Below, piece by piece: positions 11,661 through 25,000 of a stretch of 64,000 bases of DNA. The DNA lies in the NCBI RefSeq assembly GCF_001194135.2, contig NC_068985.1:31370121-31434120 (forward strand). Reading direction: 5' to 3'. How positions within the stretch are numbered: the first letter of the stretch is position 1; each line of letters begins with the position of its first letter. The stretch comes from Octopus bimaculoides (Eukaryota). Made by a program: the position numbers and the translations under genes. Below the pieces are notes generated by a model that was not told the origin of the DNA, searched no databases, and saw only the letters and a program-made list of their open reading frames with translations.

Positions 11661-14129
11661 CGCATTCTAGTAGTGTTCATTTCAATTGTACTTGTAATAA
11701 CGTAACTATTGTGAACACACCAGAGATCAGGCCTGGTAGAATCATTAGAGCGGTGGTGTTTAGAATCTTACGATCTTTAGTTTCAGTTATTAAAGTTCTG
11801 AAGGAATTCAAATCCAGCCGAAGTCAACTTTGCTTTACATTTGCCCTGGATCGGTATATTTTATACCTAGAGGTCAATGTACATACCCGGTCCGCAAATT
11901 CGAGAACTTGTGCCTTTGTAAGAAATCAATGTAATAAACGTGTCTAACATTTGACTAATTTTATTATATAAAAAAAAAATTTAAAAAATAGATCATATAA
12001 AAATAGTCAGAAACTGAAAGAAACCCGTTGTGTATGTATTTAATATATATATATATATATATTTATTTGTGTGGGTGTGCAGGGAGACTGATCCGGGTTT
12101 TGTTTTTTTCTTTTTTTGTGTTGCCCAAAAGTCTCGAAAAAATTACTATATAAAGTTGAATCGCAATTCGTAACAAATGGACACATTTTTATGTATTCTA
12201 ACTTTGTTGTAGCTGACCATATGCATATGAAACAGTAATGCTGTGAAACTGCTGGAAATAAAATAACAATGTTATACTTGCAGTGAGTATTGATTTACCT
12301 ATGGAAAGTAGTTTCAAACTACACTTGTGTATCATAACTTAATAACATGGTCACTTTATAATCCAAATTAATGAAAATGACAAAACCATCATTAAAGTTC
12401 AAGCTTGTATTTTCAAAATTTAATCCTTCTTAAGCCTTGGTCCTGATTTTTTGGGTATCGGCTCAGCTAGAAAGAGTGTTGCCTGGGCAAATGGGGCAAC
12501 TCCCCCAGCATCCGCCACTGGTGTGTGTGTGTTTATCTCCCACCACCGCTTGACAACCAGTGTTGGTTTGTTTACGTCCTGGTAAACATAACAGTTTGGC
12601 AAAAGGGACTGATAGAATATGTCTCAGGCTTTTAAAAAAATAAGTACAGGAGTCGATTTGTTCCTCTAAACCCTTTTAGGCAGTGCCCCAGCATGGCCGC
12701 AGACCAATGACGGAAACAAGTAATAGGAAAAAGATAGAAGATAAAATTACTGCGAGGACACGTTTTTTGCACAAGAGTTGCAACATGTCTGAAGTTATTC
12801 CCTCTATTTGCCAGGAAAATGGGGGGAAAATAATATTAGTACTTGAATAATTATATTTTTCTCTCACTATGTGCTTATCCATACTTACTTTTCAATGTAT
12901 TAAATAAGTTTCATCTATTTCCCTATTATCTATCACATAGAAGGTGTTTCAAAATGATGTTTTAGTCTTTTTTTATGTCCAACTTTCACTGAATTCAGAG
13001 GTATGTAAGTGCTTAAGCTATTATGTACAAATAAAAAGAAATATAAATGACTAGCTTAAAAGCCACACTCCGTGTGGACTTTTAAACTAGCTCCTGTGGA
13101 GGACTAATTGGGACTGTGGCCCCAAACTAAAGACAGCTGAATAGCATGACTATAATACATTTATAATGACTATATGCCCTGGTGGCGTTTGATCAGCAGT
13201 TTAGGACAGATGAGAATTAATTCTGTAATGCAATCATTCTATTGTTCTAGTTCCAAGTTGAATTCCAACTGTTGGCTAATTTGTTCCAAAGTTCTTATCT
13301 TAATGTAAAACTAATGAAGCAAATGTCATTTATCTCCCCATTTGATCTCTGACATCATCAGACAAACACCAAGATGGTGTGAGTCAGCCAAGCTTTAGCT
13401 GCTAGAAATAGCAACCCAAATGCTTTTAAATCAGAACCCAATCTGGATATTCAAGAACCAAATGAAGGGCAGATTTTCAATCCTGGGATCATCTTGATTC
13501 TAGAATGGTATAACATGTTTAGAGCAAATGTAGACTCAGTTACAGGGATCCCAAATGGACAGGCAGAATTTTGCTTTTAATAATAGAAATAAACACATGT
13601 CCAATGAACTTATGGAAGCACCAGTAACAACTTTCTTTTCCAATAAAGTTCAGTTAAAATGACATAGAATTAAAATACTTCACAGCATATGAATTAATTT
13701 TGGTATATGTATGAATGACTGTGTGGTTAAGAAGCTTGCTTCTCAACAATCTGGTCTTGGGTTCAGTCCCATTGTGTACTTTGGATGAGTGGCTTTTACT
13801 ACAGCCCAAGGTTGGCAAAAGCCTTGGGAGTGGATTTTGTAGATGTAAACTGAAGGAATCCTAATGAATGTGTGTTATTGTGTGTGTGTAATATATGTGT
13901 GTGTATATATATATATATATAGCAATAAGAAAATGGAGGGGAATAGACAGTATTCATCAACTTGCAGACATTGTATTGTGTCAATTTACCTGTTTATTTT
14001 TTACTAAAAGGACAATAACAATATACAAACACATGCGACATATTATGTCATATCAGTAATTAAAAAAAGACATCCCGTGATAGAAAATGGGATAATGACT
14101 ATAGCTATTTCAGTCTAGAGGTGACATGC

Positions 14130-14194
<65 letters not shown>

Positions 14195-14409
14195 TATACA
14201 TATATACACACACACCTATATATATATACACATATACATGTATATGTGTGTGTTTGTGTGTATCCTTGTCTATAATTCACATGTTGGTTGTAAATGGGCA
14301 TCACTGTCCTACAGACACCTATGCATCTTATACTGGAAGTACTCTTTCTCCACACCTCCTGAATCCCTACTTTTTTCTCTAGTTTATATTTATATATTCA
14401 TTCTTTTAC

Positions 14410-14765
14410 TTGTTTCAGTCATTTGACTGTGGCCATGCTGGAGCACCTCTTTTAGTCGAAGAAATTGAACCCAGGACTTATTTTTTGTAAGCCTAGTACT
14501 CATTCTATCTATTTTTGCCAAACCACTAAGTTACAAGGACGTAAACACACCAACATCGATTGTCAAGCGATAGTGGGGGGACAAACACATACATATATAT
14601 ATATGATGGGCTTCTTTCAATTTCCATCTACCAAATCCGTTCACAAGGCTTTGGTTGGCCCGAGGCTATAGCAGAATACACTTGCCCAAGATACCATGCA
14701 GTGGGACTGAACCTGGAACCATGTAGTTGGGAAACAAGCTTCTTACCACACAGCTATGCCTGTGC
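14410..14765 (-). mobile_element. SINE
   Basis: Near full-length reverse copy of the family seen at 590-920 and 62110-62535. Confidence 0.75.
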
Positions 14766-15369
14766 CCATATTAATTTATTTTTAATTAAATTTTCAGAAA
14801 TTTTGAATTGAATTTTTTCTAGAATGCCAAATACAGCCTTATCCATCCTCTTATACAGATTCACAATATGTAAAAGCACGTGCATATATTGTAGTAGGCA
14901 AGAATCATGTGACATAGGTGCCGAAACTACCAGATCATGTGATTTCAGCATAGTGCACTTCCTCAGTGGTAGGTGCCCAGTCACTGCATACCAGCCAAAC
15001 CTCACTGCCAATGATATATAGAATAACAGTGTCTTTTCAGATACTGATATCACACATAGCCAGCAGGTTTATTAGAAAATAAATATTAGCAACAGAAGCG
15101 GTATTAATACCAAAAGCGATCTTTATATCCTCTGGTACCCATGTCTGATGATTTTTTTATATGCTACAATATATGTGTGCTTTTAAACACTGTGAGTCTA
15201 AAGGAGAGGACCTCGCAAAACAAATAACACAGTATTTGGCATTCTAAAAATACATCCACATTAAGTTGGATATAAAGATTGCTCTTCGGTATTAATTCTG
15301 CTTTTGCCATTAATATTTATTTTCTAATAAACCTGCTGGATATTTGTGACACACCTACACAAGGGTGCA

Positions 15370-15972
15370 CCACCCAACCCAACTTTGTTTGAAAAAGTGC
15401 CACACCCTAACAGTTGAGGGAACCCGTGGAAGAGGCAGGCCCAGGAAGACCTGGGCTGAGGTGGTGAGGCAAGACCTTCGTACATTGGGCCTCACCAAGG
15501 CGATGACTACTGACCGAGACCTTTGGAAATGTGCTGTGCGTGAGAAGACCCGGCAAGCCAAGTAAGATCGTTGCCAGTGCCCCTGGCTCTTGTGCGGGTG
15601 GCACATGAGATGCACCATTTTGAGCGTGTCCGTTGCCAGTACTGCCTGACTGGCTCCCGTAGGATTTTCGAGTGAGATCGTTGCCAGTGCCCCTGGACTG
15701 GCTTGTGCGGGNNNNNNNNNNNNNNNNNNNNNNNNNNNNNNNNNNNNNNNNNNNNNNNTTCGAGCGTGGCCGTTTTCGTGCGGGTGACACGTAAAAGCAC
15801 CCACTACACTCTCTGAGTGGTTGGCGTTAGGAAGGGCATCCAGCTGTAGAAACTCTGCCAAATTAGATTGGAGCCTGGTGTTGCCATCCGGTTTCACCAG
15901 TCCTCAGTCAAATCGTCCAACCCATGCTAGCATGGAAAGCGGACGTTAAACGATGATGATGATGATGATGAT
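15370..15972 (+). mobile_element. RTE LINE 3' fragment
   Basis: Encodes [34 protein letters not shown]...EKTRQAK*, then subrepeated 3' UTR and (GAT)n tail. Confidence 0.85.
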
Positions 15973-16212
15973 AGCTTTCAGAAAACACATTTTCACAGTT
16001 CACATCAACGTCATCACTAGATAATAATGCTAAACAAGTAATCTTAGAAACTTAATTATTGATTTCTTAACTTAAGAACAGCCACAAATTTACAAAGGAT
16101 TGAAAGGCGGTGATATTTACAGTTTTCTTTTGGGAACTGGTGGTGGGAGTAAAATGAATAACTTAACCAGAAATCCACACTGATTCATACTGTCAATTCA
16201 TTGAATATATTT

Positions 16213-16289
16213 TTTTTTATGGTTGACTGGTTTTCCTTCCTTGTTGGCTAACTGTGCTTCATGCTCTTCTGAATACATTCTTTTCATAT
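16213..16289 (-). pseudogene. 77-bp duplicated fragment of the PRDM10 zinc-finger exon
   Basis: Aligns without gaps to 21056-21132 at 70/77 identity, same orientation. Confidence 0.85.
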
Positions 16290-18460
16290 TGCTTAGCATT
16301 ATATCATAAATTTAATAATTCAAAACAAAGCCTATTTAAAAATGATAAAGAACATTGAACTTTATTTATTCAAAGTGATCTTTTAATCTTCCATTTTTCT
16401 CTATGATTTAGCAGAGAAAGGCAATTATAAATACTGAGTAGGTACACAAAAAAGAATTATCACCATTGTGGTGATGGGGGTGGGGGTGGCACATTTCAAT
16501 CTCACTCTTCAAGAAAACAAAGATTGACAATCTTAACTGTTTTGATCACCTGTGTAAAAGGAGGGATTGTAATAGAAATGTGTCTTGTACATCAATATAA
16601 ATATATAATAGATAGTATGTCTCTATGTACATGTAGAAAACAAATATGTATTTTGGTTTTATGTTTGTGAATATATATATATGTATAAATTATATATAAA
16701 AGTGGTTGTGGACACAAGTATTGCACATCGTTCATTGATTGCAGTAGTTTTACAGGACACATATGACAAGACCAATGTTATCTAGGTTAAAAAAATTTTT
16801 TTTTTAAATAATGGAATTATGTAAAGCAACACAATATCAGAAACTGCTATGCTAATGACAACACTAGAAGCATTATTAAGTTTAAAAAAAAACAAACTAG
16901 CAGTAACAGTAGTTGTAATTATTGATAAAATTATTAAATAGTATAATCATATAAAATGTGGGCTGAGTAGTTATTGATTTCTTTAGGCTTGACATAAGTA
17001 AAACTTTCTATGTACAGTATAGTGAATTGAATAAGCTACAGTAAAATATCCATCTGATATCCTATCATCACAGCCATAATTACTGCTCTCAACAATAGTT
17101 ATATTAAATAAACTTGAAAACAACATGGTAAGCTATCTTGCACCAGACATATTGCTTGTTTTTAATTTCTAATGTGAGAAGCAGTGAGGATAAAGTCATT
17201 TATTGTACACAAGCAATTTTCCATCATGGTCTGTTTGTGCCTAAATCATCAAACATAGTGCATGAAACTGAGACCACATCTGAGTCTGCAGAACAAATGC
17301 TTACCTAATGTTCCTGTAGCATTAAATAGATGACAAACAAATCTTCTGATACCAACAGTGTATTCACAGTCATGAATAACTATTCTTAAAACAAACCTGG
17401 TATCTGTGTGCTCAGGCATGAGAACTGAGGTAATGTAGAATAAATAGGTAATATATCAACACACAAACATGTACTTTGACATTTTATTCTTTTACTACTT
17501 TACCTCTGCATAATGATGTAAATAAATGATAATGATTTTTCATTAGAAAATGAAGCTTAGATGGAATGCAGTGTCTTATTCTATACAATGCAGCATGTTC
17601 AGCAAATATATGCCCATATCTTGGGAATAAACCAATACTTATACTTCTTTAATGAGTCTTAAGAGGCCAAATTCTTTGAAGGTAAAGTTATATATAATCA
17701 ATCAAAGTAAACTTTATATTAATGGTATTTATAGCTAACCAGACATGGAAAATAAAAATCACAAAGACAACAACTGAATTCAGAAAGATGATGCACTAAA
17801 CTAGATATTAGTAATACAAATTGAGTGACTACCAAATTCAGAGGTCACATAAGTTATTAATGAAGTACTTTTGTTAGCAACAGTGATGATAACTTTGATA
17901 TAAATCAATAAAAATACTTAAAACAACAAGAAGAAATCTGTAAGAGTAGCAACAATAGAAGTAGTAAAACAATGTATCCCTGAGCTTCAAGGGGCTTAGA
18001 AAGATGGTGTATAGCTCCAATTTCTATTGTATAATGTAGATGAGAAGAACTTATTCTTAGAAGGATGTCAGTTTATACCAGGAGTGAATTTTTCAAAAGA
18101 TCTGATACTCATTCCCAATAACAACATGAATTGAGGCTAGTGGAATTAAGAGTATTACCTAGAGAAACAATACGTTTGCGGCAGGCATAAACTCATTACC
18201 TACATGCTAGGAGTCTAATACTTTATCTATTCAGACATTTCACTTCCAACATTTGTATTAGTAGTAGCAGTAGTTGCAATAAATGAATACTTAATATCTC
18301 CACATGTCTCAACAAGTTTATTAACTTGGGTACTGCTGAAATCTGGTAAACTGTGATAAGTAGAGGAAAATATAAACAACTACCTGGATAAAATATCAGT
18401 TTTAACATAAGTGATTTTCGCAAAAGATCTGGTGTCTGTTGCCAAGTGCAAGGTGAACTG

Positions 18461-18501
<41 letters not shown>

Positions 18502-20026
18502 NNNNNNNNNNNNNNNNNNNNNNNNNNNNNNNNNNNNNNNNNNNNNNNNNNNNNNNNNNNNNNNNNNNNNNNNNNNNNNNNNNNNNNNNNNNNNNNNNNN
18601 NNNNNNNNNNNNNNNNNNNNNNNNNNNNNNNNNNNNNNNNNNNNNNNNNNNNNNNNNNNNNNNNNNNNNNNNNNNNNNNNNNNNNNNNNNNNNNNNNNNN
18701 NNNNNNNNNNNNNNNNNNNNNCATTTTTAGTAAAGTTCTAATAATATAGATTACTAACAATGGTACAAGGCCACTAATTATGTTAGGGCTCAATCAATTA
18801 CATTAATTTCTGAACTAATTTTATCAACAATGGAAAAATAAAAGGTAAAGGTGACTCCAGTATGATTTGAGTGTAAAGGGACATTGCTAAATTACCTCAA
18901 AGCATTTTGGTTATACTCTTCCAAATTTACTGCCCATCATCCCCTTATATATAAAATTAAAATGATTTCTTATATAAGCACAAGGCTTCATTTTATGGGG
19001 GGGGGGGAGAAAATGCAAAACTGTGTACTGCATGTCTTTATCAAAGACATTTATGATATAAGAAGAGTAATCAGCTTCAACTGGAAATTGAAACCAGGTC
19101 TTAGCTTTGGCTTACATGGAGTTTGCTCTAAAGCATTTGTCACAACCTCATTAATAATTTCTACTGGCACAAAGTCACAAGTTTGTAGAGGAAGAATGTA
19201 GTAAATTGAACCAACCCCAGCTCATGCCTGATATTCATTTTGTACACTATGGAGGGATGAATGACAAAGAAAATACTTGTGAGTTCTGAATTCAGAATAT
19301 AGAGGAACAAAGCTAAATACACAATAGGCATCTGGTCTGCAAATTTACCTTTTCTTATCTTCCTTTTAATATTGATTTCTCCCTCAGAGGCCTTCATTTT
19401 TTTTTTCTTATATTAGTTGAGAAGCTTGAGCATTAAATCATTGTAGGCATATAGCTAGTAATAAATATTCATAGAACATATGACAGCTTGGCAATAATGC
19501 TTAAGGTCTAGTGAGTAAAAACAATAGAATAAGCAGAAGTACAGAACTGTGAATGAGTGTGTGTGTGAGTGTATACATGTCTAACAGAGAGATGAGAATC
19601 TGTATATGTATGTGTGCATGTTTGTGAAAGAAAAAGTTAAACATCAACAAAACGGTGCGAGTAATAGAATTAGGAATAGACAAGTATGCAAAAGAGAGAG
19701 AGAATGTTAGAGACGAACAGACACATTAAGAAACGGAGAAAAGGATGGAAGAAGAGCAATCGTTTTGGTCATGAAACAACATAAACAAAACTACTGGTTT
19801 CAACAAGACATTTGGACAGATATACAACATCTGTCAGAAATACAAAACACATAGATGCAGAGCTAAAACAATCCCACAAAACAGCCAGATAGAATATTAG
19901 TAAGACTCAGATCAGTAGCATACAGATAAATATTTAAACAGACACTCAATAAACTTGCAGATAGGGAATTTTTTCAAAGAGAAAAGAAAGTGCCCCGCTG
20001 TCATTTTGACAAAATGTCTGACTGGC

Positions 20027-22073
20027 TCAATTGAAGTTGAAGTTATTCCAAGTCCTAGCCAGAGCCAAAGTTGCATTAGTCATACTGACAGAAACAGGAG
20101 ATGTAGCCAAGGAAGAACTTATGGCTTGGTGAGAAGTGGTCAGTGTTTGACCAGTATCTGCAGCAGGAAGTGAAGCAATAGTTTGTACAGTCTGTTGTTG
20201 TTGTTGATTGGCAGCAGCAGCAGCAGCTGCCAGTTGAGTATGCACCAGATTCTGTCCAAGGTGACTGAGTTCAATTGTTGTCGTTGGCTGACCACCAACA
20301 ACGGACACTGTGCCAATTTGTGCTGGTTGAATTTGAACCATTGCTGTATGGCCTGTAGGGTTAGCCGTATTAGTAACTCTAGCCACTGAGTATTCTCCTG
20401 AAGGCTGGTAATCATGAGATAATGTTTGTGTCAGCTCAGTCATAGCTTGGGTGAGGAGATCAGCCTGTTGATATTGGTCAGAGATAGCTTGTGTTGAAAC
20501 AGGACCATGCACCTCAGCCATAAATTCTTCCTCAGTAACACCATGGGAATTGTCAGACAACATTGCAGCTGTGTGTTCTTCTTTCACCCGTTTGACAGAT
20601 GATTGTGGAGGTGACATTTCAGGATGCTTTTTCCTGTGATGTTGCATCAACTTTGCCTTGCTGGCATACTGCTTGTGACAGAAATCACACTGATGTGGCA
20701 TTGTGGTAATACTCCCCACCATTTGGGAGTATGTTGGGTTTGGATGGCCTGGAACTTCATGGATTTGAGACTTCTTCCGACTGCTCATTGGTAGTTCAGA
20801 TCCAGGATGGTTCTTTAATATATGAGCTTTTCGCTTTGAGCTGGATTTGTAGACTTTTTCACAGTACTGACAATAATAATCTCTCTGAGTTTTCAATATA
20901 GGAAGCTTCAATTCAGGCACAGTATCTGGTTTTATGTCAGGATGTCTTTTGGCCAAATGGTTAACCAGCATACCCCGCCGTTTGAAACCAAGGAGACATG
21001 TGTGACATTTGTATATAAAACGGTGATAATCATTAGGTGATACTTTGGGGATGAATTTTTTATGGTTGACTGGTTTTTCTTCCTTGTTTGCTAATCGTGC
21101 TTCACGCTCTTCTGAATGCATCCTTTTCATATGTTCTTTTAGTTTGTCCTTTCTTTTGAACTGGCGACCACAGCTTTCACACATAAACTCCCGGTGAGAG
21201 GAATGTCGTAACATGTGCAATTTCAGCTTATCCGGCCGTGGAAATAGCTTATCACATTCAGGGCAGGGATATTTTATTGCTGAATGGAATGCACGCATGT
21301 GCTTTCGAATAGTAACAAATTCATCAAATACCCGGGTACATATGGGACAGTTATATTTACCATTGGCATCTTCATGTTCAGTCACATGACTCTTTAATGA
21401 ACCTACTTGGTCAAAGTCTGAATGACAGAGTGGACACTCATAATATTTTTTATCACTATGTGTCTTCATGTGACAGGACAATGCAGAGTTATTCATGAAG
21501 CGCTTAAAACACACTTGACATTGAAGTGGTTTAGAATTCTCATCACCATGACACAAAAGGTGTTTCTGAAGGCGTTCATAGTTACTAAAAGCTTTCCAAC
21601 ATTTCTGACATTTATGTGGTCGTTGAGGATTGTGCAACATCTTGCGTTTAGTTTTGCCATGTACACTAGCATGTTCTATAAGGTCTTGTTGTTTTTGGAA
21701 GGATAAAAAACATACTGGACACGCCAAAACATCTGAGTCTAAAGTAATGACACTATCAGACTCTTCCAAAGAAGCAACTTCATTGCTGGCATCTCCATTG
21801 GTAATCTGTTGCATTTGGATGGCATTTGCTAGCACTGGTTTTGCTTCATTGGGATCACAAGCAAGCCTTTTCACTTCATCTAAGCCAACATCTTCAGCAG
21901 CATGGGTGAGTGTGTGTAAGTTCAGTAAGTTTGAATTATCAAATGTCAGGTCACAATGTGTACACACCCACTCATTTCCACCAGTTACTTTGCCTTTCTT
22001 ACGATACAGAGATTTTAATGATCGACGTCTAAGGGCCTCATGATCCAACCTGCGATGATATTTCTTCAGTGTT
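20027..22073 (-). CDS. PRDM10: PRDM10 terminal coding exon, 11 C2H2 fingers plus Q/A/T-rich tail
   Basis: ORF-track 689-aa frame; ttttccag acceptor; stop at 20029-20027. Confidence 0.95.
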
Positions 22074-25000
22074 CTGGAAAAAAAAAACATTTGCATATTA
22101 ATAAGTGTGTATGTGTATTTGGGTGTGTATATGTGTGTGAATAATCAATTATCCTTATAAAAAGCAAAGTTTGTTTCTTTGTATGTTGACTGCTGAAAAC
22201 ACTAAACAAAATTGATAATATTTCAGGTATTTCATTTCATTTAAATTAATTTGATCATTCTGCAGATAACTGTGCACTTATCTTCCGAAAACGGAATGGA
22301 GAGGGCCAAGTTGGTGGTGTATTGGCTCCTATTTCTAGCAATTCATGTACTGTCTATTTCACCATAATGCATTTTACAGAGTGAAAAAATACTTCACCTA
22401 TCAATCAATCCACCTCCAACTTTCTCAAAGTTTATACATTACAGTTATTCCTTTGAAGTTACTGCTGGACCTCTGCCTTCTCTCTGTCTATATGTCTCTT
22501 TCTATGTCTCTATCTCTCTCTCTCTGGTTCTATATGTGTCTCTCTCTCTCACTATCTCTACCTCTTTTTTCTCTCAAGAGAAAAACATGTGAGAGAGAGA
22601 AAGGGGGCTCCACAGAAAAACTGCTTTCTCTCTGTCTATATGTCCCTCTCTATGTCTCTATCTCTCACTACCTCTACCTCTTTTTCTCTCTAGAGAAAAA
22701 ATATGTGAGACAGATAGAAAGGGGTTGGTAGTAGTGGTGACAGTATAGATTAATAGGTATTGGTGGGTGTGGTGGTAGTATTGGTAGCACAATTTAGATA
22801 TTCTAAATAAATGTTAAAAATTATGTTATGTAATATTGAAATACCTTTTAACAACTTTTATTGTAAGGAAAATGGGCATTATGATAGATGCCAATATGTG
22901 CCTTATTAATTAATACATTTGAGTACAAACCGGGCTGAAGGCTGGGAGGCCTGCTAGCATAATATAAAAGTACTTAAGAGGCATAAATATAATTTTTGTA
23001 AATTTATCAAGCATAGGGAAGTACCTTTGAAGTAACAAAGTTAAAATACAGAAAAAGAAAAATTTAAACTGGCTTCATATGAAGCGAAACATGGTAAAAC
23101 AAAACAACAGTAACACAAACAATTTGTTTCTTCTTACCAATCATCAGAGAAACTAATCAAGAGGCTCTAAAAAAATTTCATTTATAGCTTAGTAAGAGGA
23201 AAAAGGTTAGTACTTATGACCTTTTTGTGAGGCCGCCAAGATTAGTGGAGAGAAAGAAAGATCTTAAACTGAATCTGAAGGCTTGCAATGGAGAACATTT
23301 TTAACAAACACTGAAGTGTTGAGTTATTGGTATTTTAGAAATGAAGGAAATCTCAAGTGCAGGAGATAGCTGTGAAAACAACTTAGAGGATTCGGCAAAA
23401 TACCCTTACAGATGGATCTTCTTAGCTGTTTTCACAGTTATTCTCCTATATTTGAGATGTCCTTAATTTCTTATAATGCAAAGAGCCAGTTGGTGGTTAA
23501 GCCTACCACCTTGGGGATTTGGGAATATTGCAGTAAATCAAATGTTAGCACTCCGTCGCTTACGACGTCGAGGATTCCAGTTGATCCGATCAATGGAACA
23601 GCCTGTTCGTGAAATTAACGTGCAAGTGGCTGAGCACTCCACAGCCACATGTACCCTTAACGTAGTTCTCGGGGATATTCAGCATGACAAAGTGTGACAA
23701 GGCTGACCCTTTAAATTACAGGTACAACAGAAACAGGAAGTAAGAGTGAGAGAAAGTTGTGGTGAAAGAGTACAGCAGGGTTCGCCACCATCCCCTGCCG
23801 GAGCCTCATAGAGCTTTAGGTGTTTTCACTCAATAAACACACACAATGCCCGGTCTGGGAATCGAAACCGCGAGCCTATGATTGCGAGTCCGCTGCCCTA
23901 ACCACTGGGCCATTGCGCCTCCACAGTAAATCAAATAGGTAAAAGGGAATTAGCAATTAACTCAGACAAGATTATATATAAATGCCAGCAGTCAAAACAT
24001 TGAGGAGGATCACAGCTGATATAACACAGACATGGTTCTTGGGCCAGAATTAACAAAGTCGAGGAAATGCAGATTGCGAGAGTAACTGGGTAACAAATAT
24101 TTATAGAATTTCATTTTAATGTAAATCTTCCAACAGCATATGTGAAGATTTGCAATAAATTTATGAAAGCAAGGAAATGACTAAATAGAAACTAGTAACT
24201 TACTTGTTTAGATAGAATGTAGAAGATTTCTTCTTCCAAGGATAATTACAGATTTCTCCATTGGCAGACTTGAAAAATAAAAAGTTTTATGAGGCATTAT
24301 TTATGATAAATTTAAATGTACTAGTTTGTTTATAAAAGCCATTAAAATAATTATATTATTAAATATATTAAAATAATTATATTATTGGCATAGCTTAAGT
24401 ATACGCTTATGGAGTAGAAAATTTCCCCAACTTTTGCCAAGGAATAAAAGATTTATAACATCAAAACTAATAAGGATATAATCTTGTTTTTATAAATATT
24501 TACAGTGATCCTAGTTGAAATAATGGTTTTATAAATACCTTCTGATAAAATTACCTATCATATACAATTTGCAGTAGTCTCTATAAAAAATAGTTTATAG
24601 AGCAATAATAGAGAAATAATTAAGTTATTCTTTCTATCAGGTCATCCCATAAGTTCTGTCTGAATTTTGAATATAGAAAACAAGTGATCAAATGTTATAT
24701 TCAATTGAAATTTAATCATCAATGTACTTTCCCTGATCATCTATGACTTCCTTCCATCTATTTACAAGCTTTTTAATCCCATCAATGTAAAACTCTTTTG
24801 GTTTCAAAGCGAAGAACTCTGAAATGTCAGTTTCGACCTCCTGCTGGCTTGCAAAAGTTATGTTCCCCAAATGATTCTGTAAACTACAAAACAAATGGTA
24901 GTCTGAAGGAGCAAGGTCAGGAGAATAAGGTCGATGGGGAATTTTTTCCCTACCAAGTTCTTCAATCTTCTGTGATGTGATTTTTGCAGTGTGGGGTCGC

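Noticed and set aside
11711-11947. 78-aa plus-strand ORF divergent from TMEM218
   Set aside because: No recognisable motif, TTG/GTG-type start, no supporting splice partners; most likely promoter sequence.
21422-22043. Plus-strand ORFs within the zinc-finger exon
   Set aside because: Antisense by-products of the PRDM10 coding sequence.
23850-23924. tRNA-like sequence with A and B boxes
   Set aside because: It is the head of a SINE with a TSD and long tail, not a tRNA gene.
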